Shown in pieces: positions 1-53,793 of a stretch of 64,000 nt of DNA; within the stretch, counting starts at the first letter, position 1; every line of letters begins with the position of its first letter. Made by a program: the position numbers and the translations under genes. The notes below the pieces were generated by a model that worked only from the letters and a program-made list of their open reading frames with translations, made no database searches and had not been told where the DNA came from. Origin of the DNA: Antedon mediterranea (Eukaryota > Animalia > Echinodermata); contig NC_092670.1 of assembly GCF_964355755.1 (NCBI RefSeq), positions 40,040,388 to 40,104,387 of the forward strand, read 5' to 3'.

Positions 1-512
1 AATGGACCATTTTGCAGTTTTCAGGGAACAATATTTGTTTATTTATTCAATAGTCTGTAGGCCTTAAACAGACGGCTGCTTGAAGGAAAATTTAAGCGTG
101 ATTGGAGAATAGGACTAACTACTGGTATCTTCCTACTTAAATGTCAAAGCATACATATTTTTGGGTTTTTTTTTTACATTTATTTTTATATTTCTATTAA
201 CAAATTTAATTGAAGGTATCTATTGTTAATCTTTCAGTTATTACCATGCAAACTAAATTTTGTTGAAGTGGGAATTGTGATGTTTTTTTAGAATACTTTC
301 TGTACAAATAATTATCTGTTTAGACCATAAATTGTGTTACATGAGAATAAAAAAAGTTACTAATACAGTCTCATTCATGAGAGTTAGTCACAAAACTTGG
401 GTAATTATTTAATGTGTACTTGGCCAAAATATAAATTACGGTAATCAAATTAGTTGAATTGGTGAATAAGCATTACGTAATGACTAGAGTAAGATTACAG
501 AAAACTGTTTAT

Positions 513-676
513 AGCTCTGTCTACATTATCAAACTTTATGTGACAACAAAACAATATGATGTGCCTACATATGGATATGAGGATGTCATATCACTACCAT
601 ATTTGGGCATATCACTACTATATTTGGTCACATCACCCTTTTTTTTTCAAAATTGTTATATAGTGTAGACAGAGCT
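513..676. mobile_element. MITE family A (PIF/Harbinger-like)
   Basis: TIR AGCTCTGTCTACACTATCAAACT-like at both ends. Confidence 0.85.
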
Positions 677-3593
677 TAAAAGGTTTGCATGGCAAAAATT
701 TATATAATGGAACGTGTGCATGTATGTAGTTTAAAAAGAACTGTTGAGATACTCGCAAGTTTTCTCAGAGCACTCTCACTCATGAGGACGATCAAAGCAA
801 ATTGATTAGAATTGGATATGTGGTATACCACACAAACTTTATATCATTAGGCTTGCCTAGATAGATATGAAGTAGAAACAACAATTCCATTGAGTGGATC
901 CTGCAGTACTATAGAACAATCAAACAGTATTGTATTGAGGTCAAAAGAGGTATAAAGCAATGTATTGTGTAAAGTTATCCAAGCACTTAGACCTGTACTT
1001 AGCCCTTATGATTCATCATACTATCTTAAACATGCTGAGCTGTTTACAACAATGATCACCAACAACAGATATGAGATATTAATCCTCATTTCAATGAGCA
1101 ACATAAACTTTAAACTATTCAAGTTCTTTCAATTCTATTCACAAGGTTAACCATCTATTATTAAACAAATTATTTTATACTTCCTGTTGCATCCAAAATT
1201 AGCTAAAATTTGAGGAATTTAACGCAAAAAAATATGATACGAAAAGGTACGAAATAACTACATGTGAGAAGTTGAATAAATAAAATAAAAATTCCTGAAG
1301 CTAATAAGTTTGTTTAATTAAACTAAATTGAAATATTGCGATTTAAAAATCTTAATTTTGTCGTGCTAAGGGACAATAGTTTATTTATTTCAACAATATT
1401 TAATGAGGGTGATCTAGCCGAAGCTGATCATTAGGGATCCTCAGAACAATAGGGTTCGACTATCCCAAGTAACCCAGTAATATCAAAGAACTCAAGAATC
1501 TCCTGTTCTTCGCATTCAAAACACAGTATCAGAAGTACAGGGTTAAAAGGTCAAACTGGGCGACGCCATTTCACAGCATGGAGCAGCGCCCTCTCCAAGC
1601 TACGAAGTTAAACTATTAATTCCTAAAGAGGGCTCAGTCAATTACTCTATCCCCCTATAGTATTAGCAGATCCCCTCTATGATTTTGACTTTCTAATTTG
1701 ATGTGGGCGCCCTACTCAATGGCTCACAATGGCACCACCCTTTTGCTCTATTCTATCCTACAATGCCTTTCGAATTGTCACAAGCTTTGGACGAACAGAA
1801 GATTCTTGTGTTTATAAGTTCTTTGGTAATATTTAAGTATACAGGTATCCAAGACGGTTCTTTCCACAAAATGTTTTGCATTGTGTCCGTCCACCTATCT
1901 CAGGATTAACCATAATTTAAAAGATACATATTTTCTTTCAAATTTCATATTTGTACGTATTGTATTTCATTGTAACATGATAGTTTTGCTTTTAAGTTGG
2001 ATTTTTCACTAAAATAACACCTTTTGTCATCAAGAACTTGATGGAATTTTGAGGAATTTTACAAAATTGTCAGGGAATTTTTTTTTAAATAGTCGGAGAC
2101 ATGTCTTTGTGCAATACAATAATCACCTAGCATTCAACAAAGATGACAATCGGATAAAGCTTTACCTGTAAATATTAAAATTAATATACTGTATTCGTGT
2201 TAATCAAGAAACAGAAAATACTTTGTATAATTATTATGTGAGTAAGAAAACAATTAAATTAACAGCAGGTAGAATGAAGCAGTTCAAGCTGTTACTGTAT
2301 CTAAGTACACTTATCAAAATAGGTAATTGCACTTGGAATATTCACAGAGCAACATCCAACATAACAAGTGTGACATTATTTATGTACATTACAATTTATG
2401 CTATTATTTTCTTGTAAAATGTTCATCACAAAAAGGAAAAAACAACGTATAAAATAGACTAGGCCTCGAAGCTACTGGTGACATGAAATCGTGCGTAAGT
2501 TGTTTAGCAACTCTGACGTCATTAAAAAAATAGGAGGTGCACAGCAATGTGCTGCCACACATGGGATATACCGGAATAACGCACACAGTACCATTTTGAC
2601 TGCGGTCACTCAAGCATGAAATATGGCTTTTCTGTGTAAATTTGGTTGAATTTACTGATTTAGCCCTACAGTATGCAATTTTGGTTACACATGTAATTGT
2701 GTAGTGTTTAATACATCCACACACAAACATACTGTACTGTATTTTTCTCTACTCTTTGCATCTCAATTGAGTTCCTGTCAATGTCAACATCACTATTAAT
2801 AATGTTGATTGGTATTTTCATATTTAATTCAAAGTAATTGAAATTTGATATTAACATATTAATTCCAGTTTGTTTTACTGTAAAGTAATATATTTATGGA
2901 ACTGGGCAAATTAGCAAATAATTATACAATTGGTACAAATAGAAATTAATGAAAACATGCTGGTTGTCAGGACAAACTATTTGCATAAACCATAATTTCA
3001 ACGTAAATTGTTAAATTAACGTTCAACTACTATAATGGCTTTGCATTTGTAAATAGCCGTACACTTAGAAATAGCCATGGGAAAAAAAACAGAACGAAAC
3101 AGAATTTCTGTTTATAAGTAGAACGGAAGCATTTGACATGAAGAAACATAAAAGCATTACTCGAAGGCAATCTTATGAAAAATTAACTTAATATTATACA
3201 GTATGTTGTCTCTTTGATTAATTTTAAAGGGAAATTTACAATTACAGGGAAAGTGGACATTTAAAGGGAATATTTTATGTATCGTTTATAAATTTAAAAA
3301 AAAAAATCATTTGTAAAATTAAAAGGAATACAGCTACAAATAAGCATATTAAAAGGAATGTTTTAATAAGATTCAGACGGAATGTCCCATTTACAGCATA
3401 AGTGGACTAAAATAAAACAAATTTTGCCTACTTTAGCCTTCATTTACTGTATACCCTACAAATTAACATTTTTCATAGTGGTTTAACCCTTGTCATCTTC
3501 AGGTCTTTAAGCCTTATGAAGACACCCAAGTTTAAAGAAGTTCCATGTTTTGATATAATATCTTTAAAAAAAAAAGTGGTATGATACATTAAA

Positions 3594-3803
3594 AGGATTG
3601 TACCAAATTTATTCTAATGCAGTAACTAATGTACTTTTTTTACTGCAGTAACAATACATACTGTGGTTTGTTTCAATGACAGTTTATGAGGCAGTAAATG
3701 CAGTAAACAGTGTGTATGATTACCTAAAAAAAGTTGTATAAACCAGTTAAAATAAATGTAGTTTCTGCAGTAACTGCAGTAGATTAACGTTGACATGATC
3801 CCT
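3594..3803. mobile_element. MITE family C, degenerate
   Basis: ends ctgcagtagattaacgttgacatgatccct. Confidence 0.65.
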
Positions 3804-3834
3804 AATTCAATTTGGTTATTATATCTTATTATAG

Positions 3835-45477
<41,643 letters not shown>

Positions 45478-45762
45478 CAGGTAACAGGTTTTTAAATTTC
45501 AGCGTTGTTCTCGTCGCACTCAATTCTATGTCATCGCTTTTCTTGTTTTTTTCATTTCATTTTGTTGTTTTTTTTACTTATATTCATTCCTTTCTTACCA
45601 TTTATGTTTAATCTGTAGTAGAATTTTTCAATTTTAGTAAACTTTAGTTTTGAATAAACATACTTTATTTGGGTTAAACTTAGCCTAGTGGAAGGAACTT
45701 AAACTTACTTTATTTGGGTTAAACTTAGCCTAGTGGGTTTGAGTCAAATTACAATCATATGC

Positions 45763-46033
45763 TGATCATGGTTAAGAGTAGCCATATTTACTGGGGTTGG
45801 GTTACAGTGATCATGGTTAAGAGTAGCCATATTTACTGGGGTTGGGTTACAGTGATCATGGTTAAGAGTAGCCATATTTACTGGGGTTGGGTTACAGTGA
45901 TCATGGTTAAGAGTAGCCATATTTACTGGGGTTGGGTTACAGTGATCATGGTTAAGAGTAGCCATATTTACTGGGGTTGGGTTACAGTGATCATGGTTAA
46001 GAGTAGCCATATTTACTGGGGTTGGGTTACAGT
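45763..46033. repeat. 45-bp repeat x 6
   Basis: gatcatggttaagagtagccatatttactggggttgggttacagt. Confidence 0.96.
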
Positions 46034-46264
46034 TAACTTTTAAGCTGAGTCCCCTAGGTACTTTAAATATTATTAACCCAATGTTATTAATTAAATCAAG
46101 ATTTGAACTAGATCACTATGCTACTCACAACTGCAGTACCTGAAAATACATTTGTAAATTCCCTTGTCAAAATGTTGATGTACAGTATCTATGTATTGAC
46201 ATCATATTATTTTATGTAGTTTGTCATTTTATTTCTCTTTCTATTGCATGTTTTATTCCACTAA

Positions 46265-46403
46265 AGCTTCATTCCCACTAGGAAGCAACACAAAAATGTA
46301 AGCACAATGACCAATGACAAGCGGCAGTGAATAATTCATTGCTTGTGATTGGTCAGATTTCTTGCGTTGCGTTTTTGCTCTGCATCCTAGTGGGAACTAA
46401 GCT
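46265..46403. mobile_element. MITE family B (palindromic, TIR GCTTGGTTCCCACTAG), CpG-decayed copy
   Basis: aagcttcattcccactagg...cctagtgggaactaagctt. Confidence 0.8.
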
Positions 46404-46685
46404 TAAATCTTTGATAAATCGTAACCTCTGTTTATACCTACTATATCATCCTATTTGTAGTGTCGTCACCTTCGGAGCTACCATTGTTTGAGCACTTTTG
46501 TCAACTTGCACGTGTGTGATTGCATGATTGTCGTTGCATCCTATTTTCACATTAACATTTTAATCAATTACTGTACTATACAGTATACAAAAGAAATGCA
46601 AATTGTATGATTACTTAAAAGTAACATATTTTATATTTTATAAATAATTTTTTAGTACACTATATACCTATTTATAGAAAACCTA

Positions 46686-47077
46686 AGCTCTGTCTACACT
46701 ATCAAACTAGTTTGACCAAAAAGGGCCTAAATATGGTAGTGATTTGCCCAAATATGGTAGGGATATGATATCATCATGTCCATATAGAGTATCATGGTGT
46801 GACGTCACAACGATACAGGGCGCTGCAGGGTTGATAGCCAACCAAAAAATGCGTTCAGCCCTACTATGTTAATAAACAGTAAAGATCTGTATTTCTATCA
46901 AATTATGTATCTTAGCTTGATTTTTTTAAACTTAAACTGTAGTTGAAGAATAAATAGATTGTTAAAAAGAAATATTTAGTGATCTTTTGAAATTTTAGTT
47001 TACCGTAGTGACGTCAGCACCGTGATACTCTATATAAGCAAATCACATTTTTTTCTCACATAAAGTTTGATAGTGTA
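46686..47077. mobile_element. MITE family A carrying a nested element
   Basis: halves flank the 46787..47030 insert. Confidence 0.85.
46787..47030. mobile_element. Nested 244-bp TIR element (GAG...CTC ends, TATA flanks)
   Basis: gagtatcatggtgtgacgtcac / gtgacgtcagcaccgtgatactc. Confidence 0.8.
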
Positions 47078-47296
47078 TTGTTGTTGATGTAGAGTATTGC
47101 AATACTAGTGTAGAATTACAATTGATATGATTGTACTAAAACTACTTCCTTTTAAGGCACTCTGATCAATTCACAGCTGACAAAACAAGTATAACATCCC
47201 TTTCCATCCAAGTAGTGTTTCAACAAAGACTTGAAAACAAACATTTTGTTGTCATAATTCATTAATAATGTTTATGTTTTATGTGTCTTTTTTCAG

Positions 47297-47323
47297 GAGA
47301 ACGCAGAAGTGTTTGGAAGCTGA
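47297..47323 (+). CDS. SCRIB: Start of probable terminal Scribble exon (ENAEVFGS* if the preceding exon is skipped), followed by 3'UTR
   Basis: tcttttttcag| acceptor, no donor seen nearby, AATAAA motifs near 48570 and 49240. Confidence 0.55.
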   Translation, partial: ENAEVFGS

Positions 47324-49396
47324 ATAACACGAGTCCGTGGACTCAACAAGGACCTTGCCAACCTCCATGTCTTTCACCACTTTACTGTCAAAGTTCAATT
47401 TTAAGATTTTAAATTCAGAGCTTGGACGCTTGGACAAATGGACACATTGTCAGACACAAAGGGTGCAGGCCAACAAACAAGGATATTCTTCCAGAAAATA
47501 CAACCACTAGTCTTCTGTCTTTTAGTAATGACTATTATTTCTAGTTACTGCAGTAACTTTGTTTATCAATAAACTAAATGATGACCAATGTTGTAATACG
47601 ATGTAAGATACTATTGTTACTGCAGTATTTTGCATCTACTGCAATTGCACTAGTTTATGATACTGTAGGTCCACTGATTATTTCATTACTGCAGTAATTT
47701 CTGCATCTACTGTATTTTGTATTACATTAAATAGCCACTGGCCATATTCACCATTCACACTTAAGTTAAGGGAAACACTTAAAATTAAGTTAATTGGTGA
47801 ATACAGCCACTGGTTCCTATTAAATTCATTATAATTTAGGTTCACTGATTCACTATTTCTTTACTGCAGTAATTTCTGCATCTATTCGTATTACATTAAA
47901 TACCCAGGTTGCTACTAAGACTTCATTACACTGTACAGTAGCTTAGCCTATTATGTCGTTACTGCAGTAAATACATGAAGCTATTGGAGTTTTTGCAGTA
48001 GAATTATTTAGTACTTAATTTTTATCTATTATTAATTTATTCTATTATTATTATTATTTTATGCAAGATCTGTACTGCAGTACACAGATCTATACTGCAG
48101 TACACGGGTCTACACTGCAGTACACGGGTCTATATTGCAGTACATAGATTTATACTGCAGTACACAGATAATACACAGATTATACCAGCACATTTCCACC
48201 AATAATTCATTTGCATTTTCAATTGTTTTTTTTTTCTCTTAAGATTTGAGTAGCTTTCAGATGGTGTTGTTAAGTGTAGGATTTTATTTATAAAACAAGA
48301 TATATTAATAGTTGAGATTGTTATTGGGTTGTCATGGTGATAACTTGTGTGTAGATAAATTGATAGATTACAAGTATGATGATATATCAACATTATTTTT
48401 GTAGCTATTAGTGACCATGTACAGAGTTCACAGCATGTAAATTAAATGATGTTTTTACATAAAATGTACATATATAATCAAGGATGAGATTGTAAGCTTA
48501 AAATAAGTAATATTTTCATTTTGGGAATTTTTAATAATGTTTAAAAAAAGTTTTATATAATGTATAATAATAATAAACGTTTGAGATAATGTTGTAGCCT
48601 ATTAGTCAGGTGGCAGCATTCATTTTCTTTTAAATTATATAGGTGATTCTTTATGTGGTTGAACGTTGATGTAGTCTGTAGTATTGGCGCTTCTAGAGGG
48701 CGCTTGCCAAATTGCTCGAACCTTCCACTCACTAAACTTTATTCAAACGTACGGTTTCCTCTCACTCACAATTACCAGCATTTGTATGATGTAGTATTAT
48801 AACAAATAATGCAATTAAATCCAAGTTTTTAATCGATAAAGATAATAATTTAAAGACATTTGGTTGTGTTATTTATTATAAAAATAGTTTTGCTGAAACT
48901 TGTGTGTATAAGTTTGCTACATAGATGCATATTGGGGTTGTATTATAAACAGCTTACTACATTTGATATCGTCGTATGCTTAATTTTAACTGTACATATT
49001 TGCATATTCATCAGTTTTTGTTAAATAAACAAGTGGTGTATATACAGAAACTGCTATCCCCACAGGGGATCTTGTTGAATGATGATCCACATACTGTAGT
49101 ATGTGACTGTACTCATTCATGCGTAACAAACGGCATGATAAAACATTATAAACATTAAGAGAATATAAAAACAGTAAACACTTTCTATCTCTAAATTTTT
49201 AATTCTTGATTTTTTTTAAATAAATTTGTTTATAAGAATAAAATTGTTATTGGTATCAGTTGTACTTAAAATTGCAGAGATCACAGTTTTGTAAATAATA
49301 AAAATATGTAATATAATTATGTATATTCTAAAGGTTAAAGATGTTATGTTACATTATAGTAAGGTCTTTCCTTGTTACCCTTGTATCCTATAGCCA

Positions 49397-49515
49397 TGAC
49401 CATATAAGGATGTCTTTGTGACCATATAAGGATGTCTTTGTGACCATATAAGGATGTCTTTGTGACCATATAAGGATGTCTTTGTGACCATATAAGGATC
49501 TCTTTGTGACCATAT
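49397..49515. repeat. 22-bp repeat x ~5 (GACCATATAAGGATGTCTTTGT), degenerate copies to ~49685
   Basis: tandem array. Confidence 0.9.
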
Positions 49516-50544
49516 GAACGGTGTCACAATTATTATAAGAGTGTCATTATGCGCATATAAGGGTGTCTACATGACCATATGATGGTGTAAGCATGCCTAT
49601 ATAAGGATGTGAACATGCCCATATAAGGGTGTCGCCATGACTGTATGAAGACCAATGGTGAGATCATGCCTATATAAGGATGTCAAATACACAGTGTGAA
49701 CTAGGAGAGAGCTTAAACATAAGTACATGAACTTAGATGGAGTCTTGAGTGTCATTATGACTGAGGAAAGGCAGTTTAGATTGAGAATCAATATGCAATG
49801 TTTTTGTACAATTTACTTGGTTTCCTGCCTTGTATAGCTTTATCAAGTAGGTAGTATCAAGGCATAATACTGTATTATTTTATAAAATGCTTATGTAGGA
49901 TAAATCTTGATAACAAATCTTGATAACAAATCTTGATGAAAATCTTGATGACAATCTTGATAACAAATCTTGATGACAATCTTGATAATAATCTTATGAA
50001 ATAATTTTATTAGAGAGGTATATCTAGCTTTGTTAGTACTAAATTGGTTATTAGAAATCTTCTTAATTATCTACGTTATGACATTTTTTGTTTATGATTA
50101 ATTTATAGTTTGTTTAATGCAGTATACGGGCACTGATTACATAGGAATGGTTGACATAAATGACAGTAGTTTGCACGCGCAGTGGCTATAGGTCCAGTAA
50201 CTGTACCTCTAGCCATTGTGTATAATTTAGTCATTTTTATTAGAGGGAGCAGTAAATCATGTACAGAATATAGATGAGTTTACGTTGTGAATGTGTATGT
50301 AGGTATATTTTGAGATGCTAAGACATTGTATAATATGCTTCAATGAGTTTTGGTAAATTAACACTATTCTATGTTCAAAATTAATTCGTTTTTACATACT
50401 CCTGTTACCGCCTTTATTAGGGCATTATATAAATCCCATGAACAAGGCCATAGCGAGGGGGAAGGCCGAACAGATGAGGCAAAGATGCTTTAAATGCATT
50501 TATTAATATAAAATATGACGATCTGTGCTGGAAAATTGACGAAT

Positions 50545-52840
50545 GTTAAAAAGGTGCTATTTTAAACATTTTTCGAAAAAAATTCCTGTTCTATAGTACA
50601 GGAATTTCGACTTTTTTATTATTATTTTTTATTTCAACAAAATTAGTTACTATGGCTCTATAAGACGATACAAAGCAATATATAGCCATATTATCGCATA
50701 ATAATAATTTTTTAAAAAGGTGATATTTTGGGCATTTTTCGAAAAAATCCCTGTACTATAGTACAGGGATTTTTTTCCAAAAATGGCAAAATTTCGACCC
50801 TTTTATTTTTCAACAAAACTAGTTAGTATGGCTCTATAAGATGATATAAAGCAAAATATAGCCATACTATCGCATAACAATTGATTTTTAAAAAGGTGAT
50901 ATTTTGGGCATTTTTCGAAAATATATAGTACAGGGAAATTTTCGAAAAATTGCCAATTTTCGACCCTTTTATTTTTAGACATAAATGGTTACTATCGCAT
51001 AATAAACATGCGCAGAGTCGATTAATGGGTTCTGCGCATGTCAATTATGCTATAGTAACCAGTTATGTCAAAAAATAAAATGGTCGAAAAATATTGTTAG
51101 ACATAAATGGTTACTATAGCATAATAAACATGCGCAGAGTCGAATAATGGGTTCTGCGCATGTCAATTATGCTATATATAGTAACCAATTATATCGAAAA
51201 ATAAAAAGGTCGAAATTTGGCCATTTTTGGAAAAAAATCCTGTACTATAGTACAGGGAAATTTTCGAAAAATGACCAATTTTCGACCCTTTTATTTTTAG
51301 ACATAAATGGTTACTATCGCATAATAAACCTGCGCAGAGTCGAATAATGGGTTCTGCGCATGTCAATTATGCTATAGTAACCAGTTATGTCAAAAAATAA
51401 AATGGTCAAAAACTGTTGTTAGACATAAATGGTTACTATAGCATAATAAACATGCGCAGAGTCGAATAATGGGTTCTGTGCATGTCAATTATGCTATAGT
51501 AACCAATTATATCGAAAAATAAAAAGGTCGAAATTTGGCCATTTTTGGAAAAAAATCCTGTACTATAGTACAGGGACATTTTCTAAAAATGACCAATTTT
51601 CGACCCTTTTATTTTTAGACAAATGGTTACTATCGCATAACAAACATGCGCAAAGTCGAATAATGGGTTCTGCGCATGTCAATTATGCTATAGTAACCAG
51701 TTTTGTCAAAAAATAGTGGTCGAAAATTATTGTTAGACATAAATGGTTACTATAGCATAACAAACATGCGCAGAGTCAAATAATGGGTTCTCCGCATGTC
51801 AATTATGCTATAGTAACCAGTTATATCGAAAAATAAAAAGGTCGAAATTGGCCATTTTTTGAAAAAATCCCTGTACTATAGTACAAGAAAATTTTCGAAA
51901 AATGACCAATTTTCGACCCTTTTATTTTTAGACATAAATGGTTACTATCGCATAATAAACATGCGCAGAGTCGAATAATGGGTTCTGCGCATGTCAATTA
52001 TGCTATAGTAACCAGTTATCGAAAAATAAAAAGGTCGAAATTTGGCCATTTTTGGAAAAAATTCCTGTACTATAGTACAGGGAAATTTTCGAAAAATCAC
52101 CAATTTTCGAACCCTTTTATTTTTAGACATAAATGGTTACAATCGCATAATAAACATGCGCAGAGTCGAATAATGGGTTCTGCGCATGTCAATTATGCTA
52201 TAGTAACCAGTTATCGAAAAATAAAAAGGTCGAAATTTGGCCATTTTTGGAAAAAATTCCTGTACTATAGTACAGGGAAATTTTCGAAAAATCACCAATT
52301 TTCGAACCCCTTTATTTTTAGACATAAATGGTTACAATCGCATAATAAACATGCGCAGAGTCGAATAATGGGTTCTGCGCATGTCAATTATGCTATAGTA
52401 ACCAGTTATGTCAAAGAATAAAATGGTCGAAAATTATTGTTAGACATAAATGGTTACTATAGCATAATAAACATGCGCAGAGTCGAATAATGGGTTCTGC
52501 GCATGTCAATTATGCTATAGTAACCAATTATATCAAAAAATAAAAAGGTCGAAATTTGGCCATTTTTGGAAAAAATTCCTGTACTATAGTACAGGAAAAT
52601 TTTCGAAAAAAGGCCAATTTTCGACCCTTTTATTTTTAGACATAAATGGTTACTATCGCATAATAAACATGCGCAGAGTCGAATAATGGGTTCTGCGCAT
52701 GTCAATGACCCTTTTATTTTTCGACAAAACTAGTTACTATGGCTCTATAAGATGATACAAAGCAAAATATAGCCATATCGCATAATAATTGATTTTTAAA
52801 AAGTAATATTTTTGTAATTTTTCGAATAAATCTCTGTACT
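50545..52840. repeat. Complex higher-order satellite made of palindromic modules
   Basis: 11 copies of a 74-bp hairpin module and repeated CCTGTACTATAGTACAGG palindromes. Confidence 0.93.
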
Positions 52841-53458
52841 CAATATGTATTGATATTAAATGATATTACATGATTTTTCATGCAGTGAAATTATACTCTT
52901 CCCTGGTTGAAATAAATGATAGAAAAACAGTTTTATATAAATAAAATATGTATTTAATTTATATTGAAAGACAATGCAAATGTTCCTGCTAAATTTAAGT
53001 AATAATTCATCATCTCATTGGGCGAGACAACCATAGAGGTGAAGAAGAAGCAACTACTCTCACTATGGTGGCGGACAACTTTAACAATTACATTTAGCTA
53101 TATTTAAATATGTTGAATAAAATAAAATATTTATTACTACTTTTCATTGCATTGTTTACTAATAACTATCTACTTTTAAATTATTAAACTTGTTATAAAC
53201 AATAATAAATCTATCACAAATGTGTTATTATTATTATTATATTTAACAGTTAGAACAAGTATGACGTCAGGACTGCGTTTACTATGGCGCGCAGTGAATT
53301 ATAAAAAAAAAACTACGAAATGTTTAAAGATAGTTCAAGGGGTGCATTACACAAGGCGTGCATTACACAAGTCATTAACCTAAACACTCACTGGCCTCTG
53401 CTTTTTATTTTTCGTTCAGACTGTGTTCAGACAGAGATAATTTTAGATAAATCTAGGC

Positions 53459-53793
53459 CTACTTATCGACTGATTGTGCAATCGCTTCATCTTTACTATT
53501 TCGATCAGGGAGCTCCACTGACCCGTCCGTGCTACCTGAATTTTGCACCGACCCATTCTCTAGGCTAGCCTCCTTATACACGTTACGATTCCAGCCGCGT
53601 TTGATCGACTGCCAGGCGAGAAAGGAAAACACGACAGAGATACATTTAAGGCCTGCTGATAAACCGAGGTAGCTGAAGTGAAATTTAACGTTATCATACT
53701 CTAAACAAGCCCCGACACCTTCACATAATGGCTGCCACAACATGCACGACTTGTCCACCGTCTTACCGTAATATATCGGAGATGGAATATATG
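53459..53793 (-). CDS. SLCO: SLCO last coding exon (YIPSPIYYG...QSVDK*)
   Basis: tcag| acceptor; TAG stop ending at 53459. Confidence 0.93.

Noticed and set aside
780-1160. Possible decayed LINE reverse-transcriptase fragment
   Set aside because: No motif I could read with confidence
50823-52705. Repeated ORFs (MGSAHVNYA..., MTCAEPII...)
   Set aside because: By-products of the satellite; frames break between copies
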